Source: Adineta vaga
Taxonomy: Eukaryota; Animalia; Rotifera
Direction of reading: 5' to 3'
NCBI GenBank assembly: GCA_021613535.1
Contig: CP075492.1
Coordinates: 2,232,001-2,296,000 of the forward strand
Length of the DNA stretch: 64,000 bases
Part shown: positions 38,701 through 50,296 of the stretch, in pieces
Numbering within the stretch: the first letter of the stretch is position 1
Layout of the letters: every line of letters begins with the position of its first letter
Made by a program: the position numbers and the translations under genes
Notes under the pieces: generated by a model
The model's database searches: none
The model's input: the letters and a program-made list of their open reading frames with translations, nothing else
Told to the model about the DNA's origin: nothing

Positions 38701-40707
38701 AAGTATAAAAATAAATCGACTTCCATCATCAGCTATTGTAGAATTGGCCACGCCACTACAACAAGCACATTTGTTACTTTTGGCACGAGGTCCAAAATAT
38801 GTTCCAACGTGTCAAAGTTACTTTGCACTTCGTTCCACCAATGATATTATCCATCGTGAATATGAACGAATGTCAAAAGTAATTACGAGATGTTTAACGG
38901 ACAATTGTATATCTGCATCAGATGAACGTGCAAAATTATTTCTTATTTCCTTAAAAAATCTCCTGACAGATTTGTGTACAACGAAAGATATTCAACAGAA
39001 ATTATATCGAACACGTCAACAAATTGTTCTACGACGAACGGACAAGAGTAAGGTGTTTCACTTGGGTTCATTCAATGATTATGAACAGAAAGCGACACAT
39101 TATATGATGAAGACATGTGCTTATGAAGAAGTCCACAGAGGGAAGTGTCTATTAGCTGCTAATTTATCATCGGTGATGGACTTACTTGATAGATTATTGA
39201 AAAATAATGCTATTAATATGAAACAATGGTCTGCAATGGAACCAAAAAGAGATAAAGTGGAACTGGGTCATCTCTATTTCTTGCCTAAGCCTCATAAAGT
39301 AAGATGATGTGTGAATGTATCTATTTTCGAATCGTTGATGATTTCTTTTCAATGGTCATATTCTTAGATTGGTACACCATTGAGAACTATTACATCGTCG
39401 ATGAATGGGCCGACGAATAACATATCACATTTCTTAGATCATTTTCTTCGACCACTTTTTGATCATGTGGCGAAACAGACGACATTCATCAATGGTATTG
39501 ATCTTGTTTGACAATTAGAAGAATACCAACGAGATGGTCGTCTTTCGATATCAACTCAATTTATTACATTTGATGTCACTGATCTATATACGATGATACC
39601 AAGAAATGGATCATTGGAAGCATTAGGACGATTCTTAATTAAAACGTCGACAAAAGGCAAAATTGGTAGTTTATCTATTAATACGATCTTAAAACTAGCT
39701 CGTCTAGTATTAGATACAACTTATTTTGTCTATATTAATAAATATTATCGACAAATTAAAGGTGCTGCAATGGGTTCGGCATTTACGATGACATTAGCCA
39801 ATGTCTACATGTTAGAATGGGAACAACCATTAGTCGAATCGCAAGCACAACAAGGAGAGTTTTATGGAAGGAAGTGTATATTTATGGAGTACTCTATATA
39901 TTCTTTCTAGATATATCGATGATGTACTCATGACATCGAATATGTCTATTGATGAAAATCGTGCAAAGCTCGATTGGATGAATGAGAAGGATGGTGAACA
40001 TATACGAATCACTTCTTCAGTTGGTTTCACAGTCGAATTTCTCGATGTTCAAATTGAAAATCATCATGGTTCATTGAAGACATCCGTTTATCGTAAACCA
40101 GCTATTACCATATTCATCTGATCATCCTCGTCATGTACATATCAACATACCGTATGAAGCATTGTTGCATACTGCTCGATTATGTTCAGATGTGTATGCA
40201 TTCGAGAAAGAACGATTAGACATCGAAAGGAAACTTCTATTAAATGGATATCCGCCAAGATTTCTTAAGTATCATTTCGATCGATTCTTTCGATTGAATC
40301 AGGTGATAGAAATTCATACTCAGTTAGATGTGGAGCAATATCAAACTTTACATCGAAAATTATTATATTTGCCTACACGACGTGAAAAGAAACATCAACG
40401 ACAGTTAACAGATGAAACTAGTGAAGAGTTAGTTGCAAATAATGATGTGGAAACAAAGAAGCAATGGATCAGGAAGATCTTAATGTTACCACATATATTA
40501 GAAAGTGGTCCATCGAAGGATTTCAATCGTCAATTTTGGAAATTATGGACGAAATATTATGGTTACAAAGGATCGTTTGTCAAAGATGTACGTGTCATGA
40601 TAACAGCATTGACAAATCCATCTTTGAATGATCTGTTTGTTCGAAAGAAACCTTCGGCATCATTATTGACCAGAATGGAAGCAACAGACGTTGAACAGTT
40701 GATCTGA
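38642..40707 (+). pseudogene. Penelope-like (Athena) reverse transcriptase with introns, inactivated
   Basis: 'LARGPKYVP', 'RTDKS', 'LYFLPKPHK|IGTPLR', 'TFDVTDLYTMIP', 'QIKGAAMGS', 'GR|YIDD', 'VEFLDV', 'SDHPRH', 'NGYP'. TGA at ~39508, a damaged donor at ~39870 and a frameshifting deletion at ~40103; no GIY-YIG domain. Confidence 0.9.
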
Positions 40708-40883
40708 AGTAGTGTTTTCTTTTCTTTTTATTATTGTATGTGTTCGTTTTTGCATGATCATTTGTTAGTTGTCAGACTGAAATAAAGTTGCATGACGTAC
40801 TCTTGTATTGATGTAGAGCATAGAGATATATTGTATTTTTATTTTATACTTTAGATTTAAGTATAAATATTTACTCGTCAGAT

Positions 40884-41575
40884 ATGCCTAGCCGCAAGAA
40901 GTCAGTCGAGCAGAAGTCGTTGGTAAAAAGACTCCTCGATGGTCTTATGCCAACGAAAGCAAAAAGACGGCCTATAGTCAGAAGACTGTCTGATGATACT
41001 ATTCAGTCATCATCAGATGAAGCCGTCACTCGGTCTTCTTCTGGTTTAAAATGCCATGAAGAAGTACCACAAAAGATATCAACATCACCTGAACCAAGCC
41101 TTGTTTCAGGTCACAGGCCATCAAGCAGCAGACCTGATGGTGTAAAACAAGAAGGAACAGTGGTAAGGACAACTTTGAATAAACATGAATTTTGGAATCG
41201 AACTTGTTTCATACTACTTTTATCCTGTAGGCAACTCCATTGGTGTCGGCTAATAGTCAATTCTTTTATTCACCAATGTATCGGCGATACTATGGATTAA
41301 CACCTCCAAATCCGAGGCTAAACGATCCTCGGTTATTGGAGGATTACATTGATTGGTACATCAATGTGTACATGGAAGAAGAACTTCCATGGCAATGGGT
41401 AAGATGTGTAGAAAAGAATTCTTATGAGAAATATTAAAAATTGAACTATTTCTATATTAAATAGATCGATGTTGGTAATCCAGCAGAACGTAGACAACGA
41501 GATGAAGATGAAGCAAAAGAAGAATCGAAAAGGCTCGGTGTTACTACATCGACATCGACATCGACAAACAAATAG
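40884..41575 (+). CDS. Small 3-exon ORF downstream of the RT (Terminon accessory)
   Basis: ATG at 40884; introns at ~41163-41230 and ~41399-41464; no recognisable domain. Confidence 0.45.
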
Positions 41576-41935
41576 TATTATGTCGATTTAACACCAGAGA
41601 CAAATGATAATTCGTCGAAAGAGTAACTTTTTCTTTTATCGATGAGTTTTATTTCATTTAATAAAAAGATAGCTAAGAATAAAGTCGATGACTATTTTTC
41701 ATTATCTTATATCAAAGGTGAAGACGAGACTTTCGATGACTATGCGTAGCCGACCGGTTTCAATGAGATGTTACTATTTTGCTTTTTCATGTACTTGTCT
41801 ATTGATCCTTTGAATATTCTTCTCTTATTTTGTGTTGAAGATGAGAACGTTATTTTTAAATATCTTATTAGTATGAAAAACGATCGTTAGTATTTGAGTA
41901 GTTGAGCACTGCGAAGAGTCAGAAGACAGACACAC

Positions 41936-42082
41936 ACCGGTCATGGTAGTTCATGTCTGCATATCACATCATTTCTCTCCAATACTTTTGTTATAAATAG
42001 CCATTCAGCATTTGAAGTCGTGATGTGAGGCTATGCAGACATAATCCATCTGATGAGACCCTTGGACAAGGTCGAAACCGGT
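41936..42082 (+). ncRNA. Hammerhead ribozyme, type III topology with a long helix I
   Basis: ACCG-GUC (cleavage after 41942); helix I AUGG/CCAU extended by ATGTCTGCATA/TATGCAGACAT and TCACATCA/TGATGTGA; core CUGAUGA 42050-42056; helix II GACC/GGUC; GAAAC 42074-42078; helix III ACCGGU/ACCGGU. Confidence 0.85.
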
Positions 42083-42311
42083 AGATTATTTTAAAATGGA
42101 AATTGTGAAAGACGAAACGACAGTAAGATTGAGAGGGACACGAACAACAGATAACTGCATTTCCGAGAACGTGAACTCTATTGATAACTACGAATCAACA
42201 GAAATAGATAGTACAACGGTGACTTTAGAACAACAACGCGAGAGGAATCTCTATTACGAAAAGCAGAGTCTCAGCGAAGCATCAGCCATTCTAATATGAT
42301 GTGATCGTGAA

Positions 42312-42384
42312 AACCAGAACAGTATTCAGCCAATATCCTCAGACCGGTTATCGGAAGATGTGGGTTCGAGTCCTGCTCTGATTT
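42312..42384 (+). ncRNA. tRNA-like 73-nt structure (not a canonical tRNA gene)
   Basis: Acceptor AACCAGA/TCTGATT (6/7 pairs); T arm GTGGG-TTCGAGT-CCTGC starting at nt 49; anticodon-like arm TCAGA-CCGGTTA-TCGGA (4/5 pairs); D arm/A box degenerate. Confidence 0.5.
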
Positions 42385-42521
42385 AATGATCTTTTCGAAT
42401 AAGTTTCTCGTACTTATTCAAGCATATCTATGTGGATACTTTAAATAAATTCGAATCTTTAGTCTCGTGGACAAAATGAAAAGATTTCTAATATTTGATT
42501 CTTTCTATACCTATTTTCAAA

Positions 42522-42564
42522 CACACCCACACCCCACCCACACTCACACCCACACCCTCAAGAT
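42522..42564 (-). repeat. (CCCACA)n tail at the Athena 3' end, ending in the hairpin-family terminus CCCTCAAGAT
   Basis: CACACCCACACCCCACCCACACTCACACCCACACCCTCAAGAT. Confidence 0.8.
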
Positions 42565-42629
42565 TGACAGATTCAATAAAGGAACTGCAGGAGGTCATCT
42601 AAATTATACTGAATATAAATCAGACATGA

Positions 42630-43059
42630 ATAAATTGAGTTTATAAAATCAAACAAGGTTTGATTAAAATTAATAAAATTTTTATTCATATAAATAAATA
42701 CAGCCTGTGGAACTAACTCCTCGCCACGTCTTATGGGACAAAAAGAGGACATTCGCAGGACCTAAGGGGCTGTTCTTTAGTGCGCTCAAGGATGATTTAT
42801 TTTAGATAAATTCATTAAAACTAATTTGTTATCCGCTTTACTTTTTGAAGTACACATAACACTCGGATTACAATCCGAGGTCTCCGCATTTTTTTGAAAT
42901 ACCGACGAGATAACTTTCAAGATTATAATCTAAAAAAGGACTATGACAAGTACATAATAATCGATTCAAATTATTATGAATAATTTCAGCAAGAGAAAAC
43001 GTTTACTGTTAGTCATTCAGTCGAGGGTTAAGCGAGTCTGCCTCGACGAGCGTTACTAG
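42630..43059 (+). mobile_element. Helitron-like element 3' portion truncating the FG-GAP gene
   Basis: Hairpin CGAG-TCTGC-CTCG then CTAG|T at 43056-43060; internal blocks match 53016-53260; 5' end not defined. Confidence 0.6.
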
Positions 43060-45393
43060 TTGTGTATCATTATTGAAATGACCAATAGCGACCGAAAATG
43101 GTCGAGAATTTGAATTCATAGTAATCATGGTTTGATCAAGAAAACTAACATTATCATTTCCAAAAAGAATTCCAATATCATTAGTACCATAATTAGCAAC
43201 AACAATGTCTGCATAAGAATCATTATTTATATTAGCAACAATCATCGATTGTAATCGAGAACCACCAGCAGATGCATATGATAGTTCATTTGTTAGAACA
43301 CCTTCGTTATTTTGAAGTAATATCCTCACATAATTAGTATTAATATCTGTTACAATAATATCTAATCGTGCATCATTATTTAAATCTCCAAGAGTTACAG
43401 AGTATGAAAGTGCATTATTAGGATATGATATTGCATTGCTAAACGAACCGTCTCCATTCCCAAATAAAATATATACACTTGGCAGATTAGCACAAGCAAT
43501 AACAAGATCTAATTGTGTATCATTATTAATATCATCGATGACTATAGATGACGGTGAACTACCTATTCCATACGTAACTTGTGGTATCAAAGAACTATTA
43601 CCATACCGTAGCAAAACACTAACAGTACCACTACCAAAATTAGCAACAACAATATCCATTCGATTGTCATTATTCAAATCATTAACTGCAACAAAATATG
43701 GTCTCGTACCAGTTGAATATATCAATTGATCTACAAAACTTCCATTACCAAATCCCAAAAGAATACTAATACTTTTATCATTATAATTAACGATAACTAA
43801 ATCAAGATGATTATCATTATTGAAATCTTCAATAGCTACAGATCGTGGTCTTGAACCAGTTGAATATCTTATTTCATTTGTAAAATAATCATTATCATAT
43901 CCTAAAAAAATACTAACACTATTATTACCATAATTAGTAACAACAATATCTAATTGATAATCATGATTAAAATCAGCAATAGCAACAGATGTTGGATTAA
44001 TACCAGTTGAATATATTTGTTGAGTTTGAAATGTTCCATTACCATTTCCAAAAAAGATATAAATATTATGACTATCTGTATTAGTAACAACAATATCTAT
44101 ATTTGTATCATTATTTAAATCATTAATTGCTAATGAAGATGGATTAGAATCCGTTAAATAATCTATTAAATATGTAAATAATCCATCATTATTTCCAAGA
44201 AGAATTATTATTGTATTATTTGTATTACTAATAATTATCATATCTAATATTGTATCTTTATTTAAATCATTCAGCGTAACAAATATTGATCGATAATTAA
44301 CATAATGAGATATTGAACTTGAAAAACCTTGAAAAGAACCTTTAAGAATATCAATACTATTAGTCATATTATTAATAATAATTGCATCTAATCGATTATC
44401 TTTATTATAATCACATAAAGCAAATGAAATTGAAGAGAAAGAGAAAGTTGAATACATAGTTGGATCATGAAATGTTCCATTACCATATCCTAAAAGTAAA
44501 CCAAAATTAAATGTTCCAATATTAATAATAAATAAATCTAATTGATTATCTCCATTGAAATCACCAATACCAATTGAATATGGTGAAGCAAAATCTGAAT
44601 CTATTAAATAAAATTGTCGTTCAATAAAAGTTTGATTAATATCATTTAAAAGAATATAAATCATATTTGTACCAGAAATTGTAATAGCAATATCAAGATA
44701 TTCATCGGAATTAAAATGTCCAATAGCAACAGATGTTGGTTGAGAATGATTTCCAGTTAAAATAATTAATTCATTTTCTACTATATTATTATTATTAAAA
44801 AATAAAATTTGAATATTATTTGTTCCATAATTTGCAATAATAATATCTAAATAATAATCATTATTTAAATCATTTATAGTTAATGAATATGGATATGAAT
44901 CATAACCAGTTGAATAAGATATTATTTTTGAATTAAAATCATTTCCATAATAAATTGAAATAGAATTTGTTCCATAATTAATAATAATAATATCAATAAA
45001 TGTATCATTATTAAAATCAATTAAATTAATTGTTAATGGACGTGAAATTCCTGTTGAAACTTCAATTTGATTTTGAAAATATTCATTACCATAACCATAA
45101 AATATACCACTTGAATGTCTATCATAATTTGCAACGACAATATCCAAATAAAAATCTTTATTAAGATCGCTAACAGCAACCATAATTGGTTTGGAATTAA
45201 TACCAGTTGAATATTGATTTTCGTTTGTAAAAGTTCCATTTTGATTTCCAAAATAAATTCCTATATGATTAATAACAATAGAATTTGCTATAACCATAGC
45301 AATCCGACTATCATTATTCAAATCACCAATCGCCACAGATCTTGGACTATAATTATAATCAATTGGATTTAGAATTGTTCGTATAAAATTCAA
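43060..45393 (-). CDS. FG-GAP/VCBS repeat beta-propeller protein, 3'-truncated
   Basis: About 14 repeats of 'P.SVA..DFN.D..LDIVV.N....V.I.LG.GNG.F'; the repeat breaks at 43060 and reads into foreign sequence up to a stop at 43009; short upstream exons are likely. Confidence 0.88.
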
Positions 45394-46513
45394 TTTACAT
45401 TGGGATACTAAACAATATATAAGAATATATTTCTTATGAAAAAGAATAAAATCTACTTTTTGCTTTTGGTTTATTTAAACAAACAATAATAATTCCAATT
45501 ATCATCATAATACATAATGATGTTGAATATATATAAGGAAAGGTAATTTTATTAGATATTAAATAACGGAAATATTTACTAAAAAAAGAATTCTAAATAA
45601 AAATTAATATCAAATAAAAACGAACAAATTGCATGAAAATCGAATTTCTTTTTATTATTTTTGTTTTGTTTACGATTAACATTTTGATTTCTTGAAATTA
45701 TTTGAATCTAAATAAATAAAAAAAAAATTTTTTTCAATCAAATCATTTTTTTTTCATTTAATTATTCTTACTTCATTCATATTGAATTCAAATTTCTTCT
45801 AGAAAATAAAAATGTTTTTATGAAGAAAGATTTACATGTGTATATTTTGTCTTTTGATCATTCAAGCGTAATATTATACTTTTTTTTTCAATGAAAAACA
45901 AAATCGTCTATTATATTATCGTATTATTTTTCTTTTTTTTTTCATTCGTATAATTTATGATAAATATCTCTTCGTCTTTTTCGTTTATATGTTAACTAAA
46001 TGGTTTAAATGATTGATAGAAATATCAAATTATTTCGTGATAATCTAATGTTGCAATGTAATTATATATAACTACCGGTTTTTTCTTTCACCTTTATGGT
46101 GTGTAGTACACACTGTGTACTAATGTGATGTTTCTCTCAGTTATGCTTGATTAAAGTTTAATAGGTAAAAAAAAGAAAAAGCGTTTTTTTTTCTTTTAAC
46201 GATTTTATAATATCTTAATTATCAATGTAATACTTTCTCTCTATTCACTTTAATTTTCAACTTACGATAGTTTATATTTTGAAAAGATATTTTCAATATC
46301 AAAGACGAAATTGATTGTTTTTGTCAATATGAAATAAAAAATATATTCATATCATCATCTTCATTCATAAAATTCGGTCCAATATATAAATATTTTTGTA
46401 AACAAAAGTAACACTTGATTATATTGATTATTAATAAAAATTTCGATGGAAAAGAAAAAAGAAGAATATGAATATTTCTCTAATAAAATAAATAGTGATC
46501 GGACGAATGTTGA

Positions 46514-46578
46514 TTTGAGAGGTCTGAGTCTGAGACATTTTTATTGCTTTCTACCTCACCCACACCCACACCCTCGAG
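46514..46578. mobile_element. Degenerate telomeric-hairpin element
   Basis: TTGAGAGGTCTGAGTCTGAG...CTCACCCACACCCACACCCTCGAG. Confidence 0.6.
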
Positions 46579-46595
46579 TCGATTTATATGTTTTG

Positions 46596-46836
46596 AATAA
46601 TTTTGAGAAAAAAATCTCTGTACCCACCATCAGAGGTACTTTGCTCACTAATGACAATTTTTTGATAACTCGCCCATTTCTTGATGGATCCTTCTCATCT
46701 TCGAACTCAACCGAGATATTGATGAGACAACCCTGTCTACAAATTTCAGCTTAGTCGAATGTAATAGTTAAGGGTTATCGTGTAAATGGGCGGACACACA
46801 GAGCGATTCTAAAATGTACTCACTTTTTGAGTATAA
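46596..46836 (+). mobile_element. Dispersed repeat, HINE/DINE-1-like (Helentron-type) 3' part, copy 1
   Basis: Aligns with 53541-53801; short GGAC/CAGA run followed by a terminal stem-loop TACTCA..TGAGTA and an A-run. Confidence 0.55.
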
Positions 46837-47218
46837 CAAAAATTTGTTTCTTTTGAGTGGAATTTTTTCACTTTACCAGTTGGTATGTTGTCAACGAAGA
46901 GCTCTAAGAAAACCGTTTTCGAATATGAATAGCAGATCATATTTGATTTGTAGATAAATCATACTCATCAACAAAATATGAAATCGGTATCGAATAATAA
47001 TTCATAAAGAAGAAGTAGATTTATTGTTAATAAAAGCAAATAATGACAAAATAAGTAATAAATAATGTGTCATAAAGATTTTGAAAAGGGAAACGTATGA
47101 TATGATTATTCAATTCAAAATAAAAAAAGCAGACAAAATAATGAATACATAAATGATTTAGAACATTCAATCTTATGCGTCAAGTTATAGAATGAAAGTG
47201 TCTTAAAATAAAATTCCA

Positions 47219-50021
47219 TTAATAATATTCAGCAATATTCAAGTAACCATCAGTATTATATCCAGCTGCAACTAACACTGTTCCATTTGTTAAAACAGAT
47301 GCTGTGTGATATGCTCGTAACACACTCATATTTCCTATTGTTGTCCAAGTACCTGTTAACGGATTATATAATTCAGCACTGTTCAAGTAAACACCACTAT
47401 TAGATCCACCCGCAACTAACACTGTTCCATCTGATAAAACGGATGCTGTGTGATATGCTCGTAACATACTCATACTTCCTGTTGTTGTCCAAGTACCTGT
47501 TAATGGATTATATAATTCAGTACTGTTCAAGTTACTACCACTATTATATCCAGCTGCAACTAACACTGTTCCATTTGTTAAAACGGATGCTGTATGATAT
47601 GCTCGTAACATACTCATACTTCCTGTTGTTGTCCAAGTACCTGCTAACGGATTATATAATTCAGTACTGTTTAAGTTACCACCACTATTAGATCCACCCG
47701 CAACTAACACTGTTCCATTTGATAAAACGGATGCTGTGTGATATGCTCGTAACATACTCATACTTCCTGTTGTTGTCCAAGTACCTGTTAATGGATTATA
47801 TAATTCAGCACTGCTCATGTAACCACCATCACCATATCCAGCTGCAACTAACACTGTTCCATTTGCTAAAACGGATGCTGTGTGATATCCTCGTGTCACA
47901 TTCATATTTCCTGTTGTTGTCCAAGTACCTGTTAACGGATTATATAATTCAGCACGGTTCAAGTAACCACTATTACTAAATCCACCAGCAACTAACACTG
48001 TTCCATTTGTTAAAACAGATGCTGTGTGATATCCTCGTGTCCAACTCATACTTCCTGTTGTTGTCCAAGTACCTGTTAATGGATTATATAATTCAACACT
48101 GTTCAAGTAAGTACCACCATTCGATCCACCTGCAACTAACACTGTTCCATTTGGTAAAACGGTTGCTGTGTGGTAAGTTCGTGGCACATTCATATTTCCT
48201 GTTGTTGTCCATACTAAGTAGAGCAAATAGATAAAAAAAAGTGTTTGTGAATATTTTCAAAGCATTTATTCGAGAATAAATTTTACTCCGCGATGTTACT
48301 TATCATTCAATTATTGTTCTATATGAGTTACTAGATCGTTTATTCAAATCTTAGGATAAAAATTGAGAGTTCATTATCGAATCTAAAGTATTTTTGATCT
48401 CACATGAGTGATATTTTAACAATGTTTATCCATGATAAAAGTGTAAAAAGACAAAGACAGATCTATTCTTCTTTTATAGTTCAATCACATTTTATCAATA
48501 TTAACAACTTTGAATGTTCTCTTCTAAACGTGATATCTCAAAACGATGTTGTTAATAAATTCAGAAAATGAAATGATGAAACAGAAAAAAGTCAATGACA
48601 CTTCATTCGACAACTTTTCCGATATTCATTATTCTAAATTTCTCGTAAGTTCATCTTGATCGATTATTGATCATATAAAAATCCAGTCAGTTAAATACAA
48701 TCGTAATATTGTGAAAAGATAGTTTGTTTTTCAAATCTGCTCTAACCTTAAATTTAAAAATTCTTAATTGTTAAAATATTGATGAATAGAATGTATAGTT
48801 TGGTTCATTCCTCATAGAAATGAACAGTATTTTATCTAGGTTTTGTTTCCCGGATGGGCAAATCGAAGTTTAGGCTGGCCTATGTCCTCCTTAACTCATA
48901 GTAGGTGGACTAATGATCTAGTTTTACAGGCTTGACTGTAAGTTTCGGAGAGGATGAAGCAAAATCTTGGGTGGTCGACGCCCATCCTGCTCACCCTGTA
49001 GATAAATCACTATGGAAATAAATATACACATGACTTCGAAATTAAGATTTACTGAAAAAGATTAAAATAAACTAAAAAAGGAATAACCGATGCAACTGAT
49101 TGATCACTTGCTCAACGGAAGGTATAGGGTCAAAAGTTTTTGACCATGTTAATTTCGAATGCGAATATAAAAATTGCTCATAGATTATTCTAACACGCTC
49201 ATCTGTAAAACTACGTTTTTAGCCATATCAGTGTATTGTGAAATTTTTTTTCCATGCAAAAATGTTATGGGATGTATCCCTCATATAAATTCAATTAGAT
49301 ACATATCTCAGGAAAAATCGATATGAAATAGAAACAAGTCTTGCTTTATAAATTAGTCAATCCGATATGCTCTAGAATAAATTTTCTAAAATTTTAGTGA
49401 GGTGAAAAATCAGTCTTACAGATAATCACATGCTACAGACCTAGCAGTGTTTCTTATATTCATATGCGAAATCATTATAGTCGATAACCTCTGACTATGT
49501 GATTTCCGTTGAAAAAGAGATTAATCAGTTGTATTATGATTTTCTCGCTATAGTTTTTACTATTTTTTCAATGAGAATAATTGTTGCTAAATAAAATAAA
49601 AACATCGTCTTAGCAGTCGGTTTCAAGAACCTACTTAAAGAACTGATAATTATCTCATTATATTACTAACCGCGTGGTGCTTCTGTTGATGTTGTTGTTG
49701 TTGATGTTGATGATGATGATGATGTTGTTGATGTTGATGTTGTTGTTGATGTTGTTGATGATGATGTTGTTGATGATGATGTTGTTGATGTTGATGATGA
49801 TGATGTTGATGATGATGTTGTTGATGATGATGTTGTTGATGTTGATGTTGATGTTGTTGATGATGATGTTGTTGATGATGATGATGATGTTGTTGTTGAT
49901 GTTGATGATGATGATGTTATTGATGATGATGATGATGAGGTGGATGATGTTGTTGATGTTGAGGTGGATGATGGTGTTGAAGTTAAGGTTGTTGTCGTAA
50001 TTGTCGATGTAGTGGCTGGTT
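47219..50021 (-). CDS. Ser/Thr-rich mucin stalk + Kelch (galactose-oxidase-type) beta-propeller; exons 50021-49671 and 48213-47219, upstream exons unresolved
   Basis: About 7 49-aa repeats 'WTTTGSM...R.YHTASVL.NGTVLVAGG....AELYNP'. Donor G|GTTAGT at 49670 and acceptor TTAG|TA at 48214 are phase-compatible (GTA = Val). Confidence 0.85.
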
Positions 50022-50296
50022 CTTTTTTGTGTAAAAAAGAAATACATACGTGTATATATGTATATAAACTCGATAATTTCGACTTCTGATGAATATCTTC
50101 AGTTGATAAAGATAAGCATCTGTTAAATTTTTCTTTTAAACAGTATTCTTCACAATCCAATGAAAAATACGAAAACTAATTTTGTTTTCATAAATTTAAA
50201 AAATATTTAAGTCGAATGTTAATTATTTAGAGATTATCAGCTTTTTTGGAACGCGATTAAAAAATTTCCTTTATAAAGAATGGGAATATAATATTT

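Larger units (their letters stand above)
35467..42564 (+). mobile_element. Athena/Terminon-type endonuclease-deficient Penelope-like retroelement (decayed), ~7 kb
   Basis: Co-oriented spliced ORFs, helical ORF1, PLE-type RT without GIY-YIG, hammerhead near the 3' end and a (CCCACA)n 3' tail. Confidence 0.85.

Noticed and set aside
38642-40707. Retron, DGR, group II intron RT or telomerase
   Set aside because: Motifs (GPKYVP, TDKS, GAAMGS, YIDD, SDHP, NGYP) and spliceosomal introns fit a Penelope-like RT; no telomerase T motif or template/variable repeat pair seen.
42312-42384. Functional tRNA-Thr(GGT) gene
   Set aside because: No A box or D-loop GG, no U8 or U33, and stem mismatches; kept only as tRNA-like.
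49658-50047. Poly-Ile/Asn and poly-Met/Leu ORFs
   Set aside because: Alternative frames of the Ser/Thr-coding exon, which has phase-compatible splice sites.
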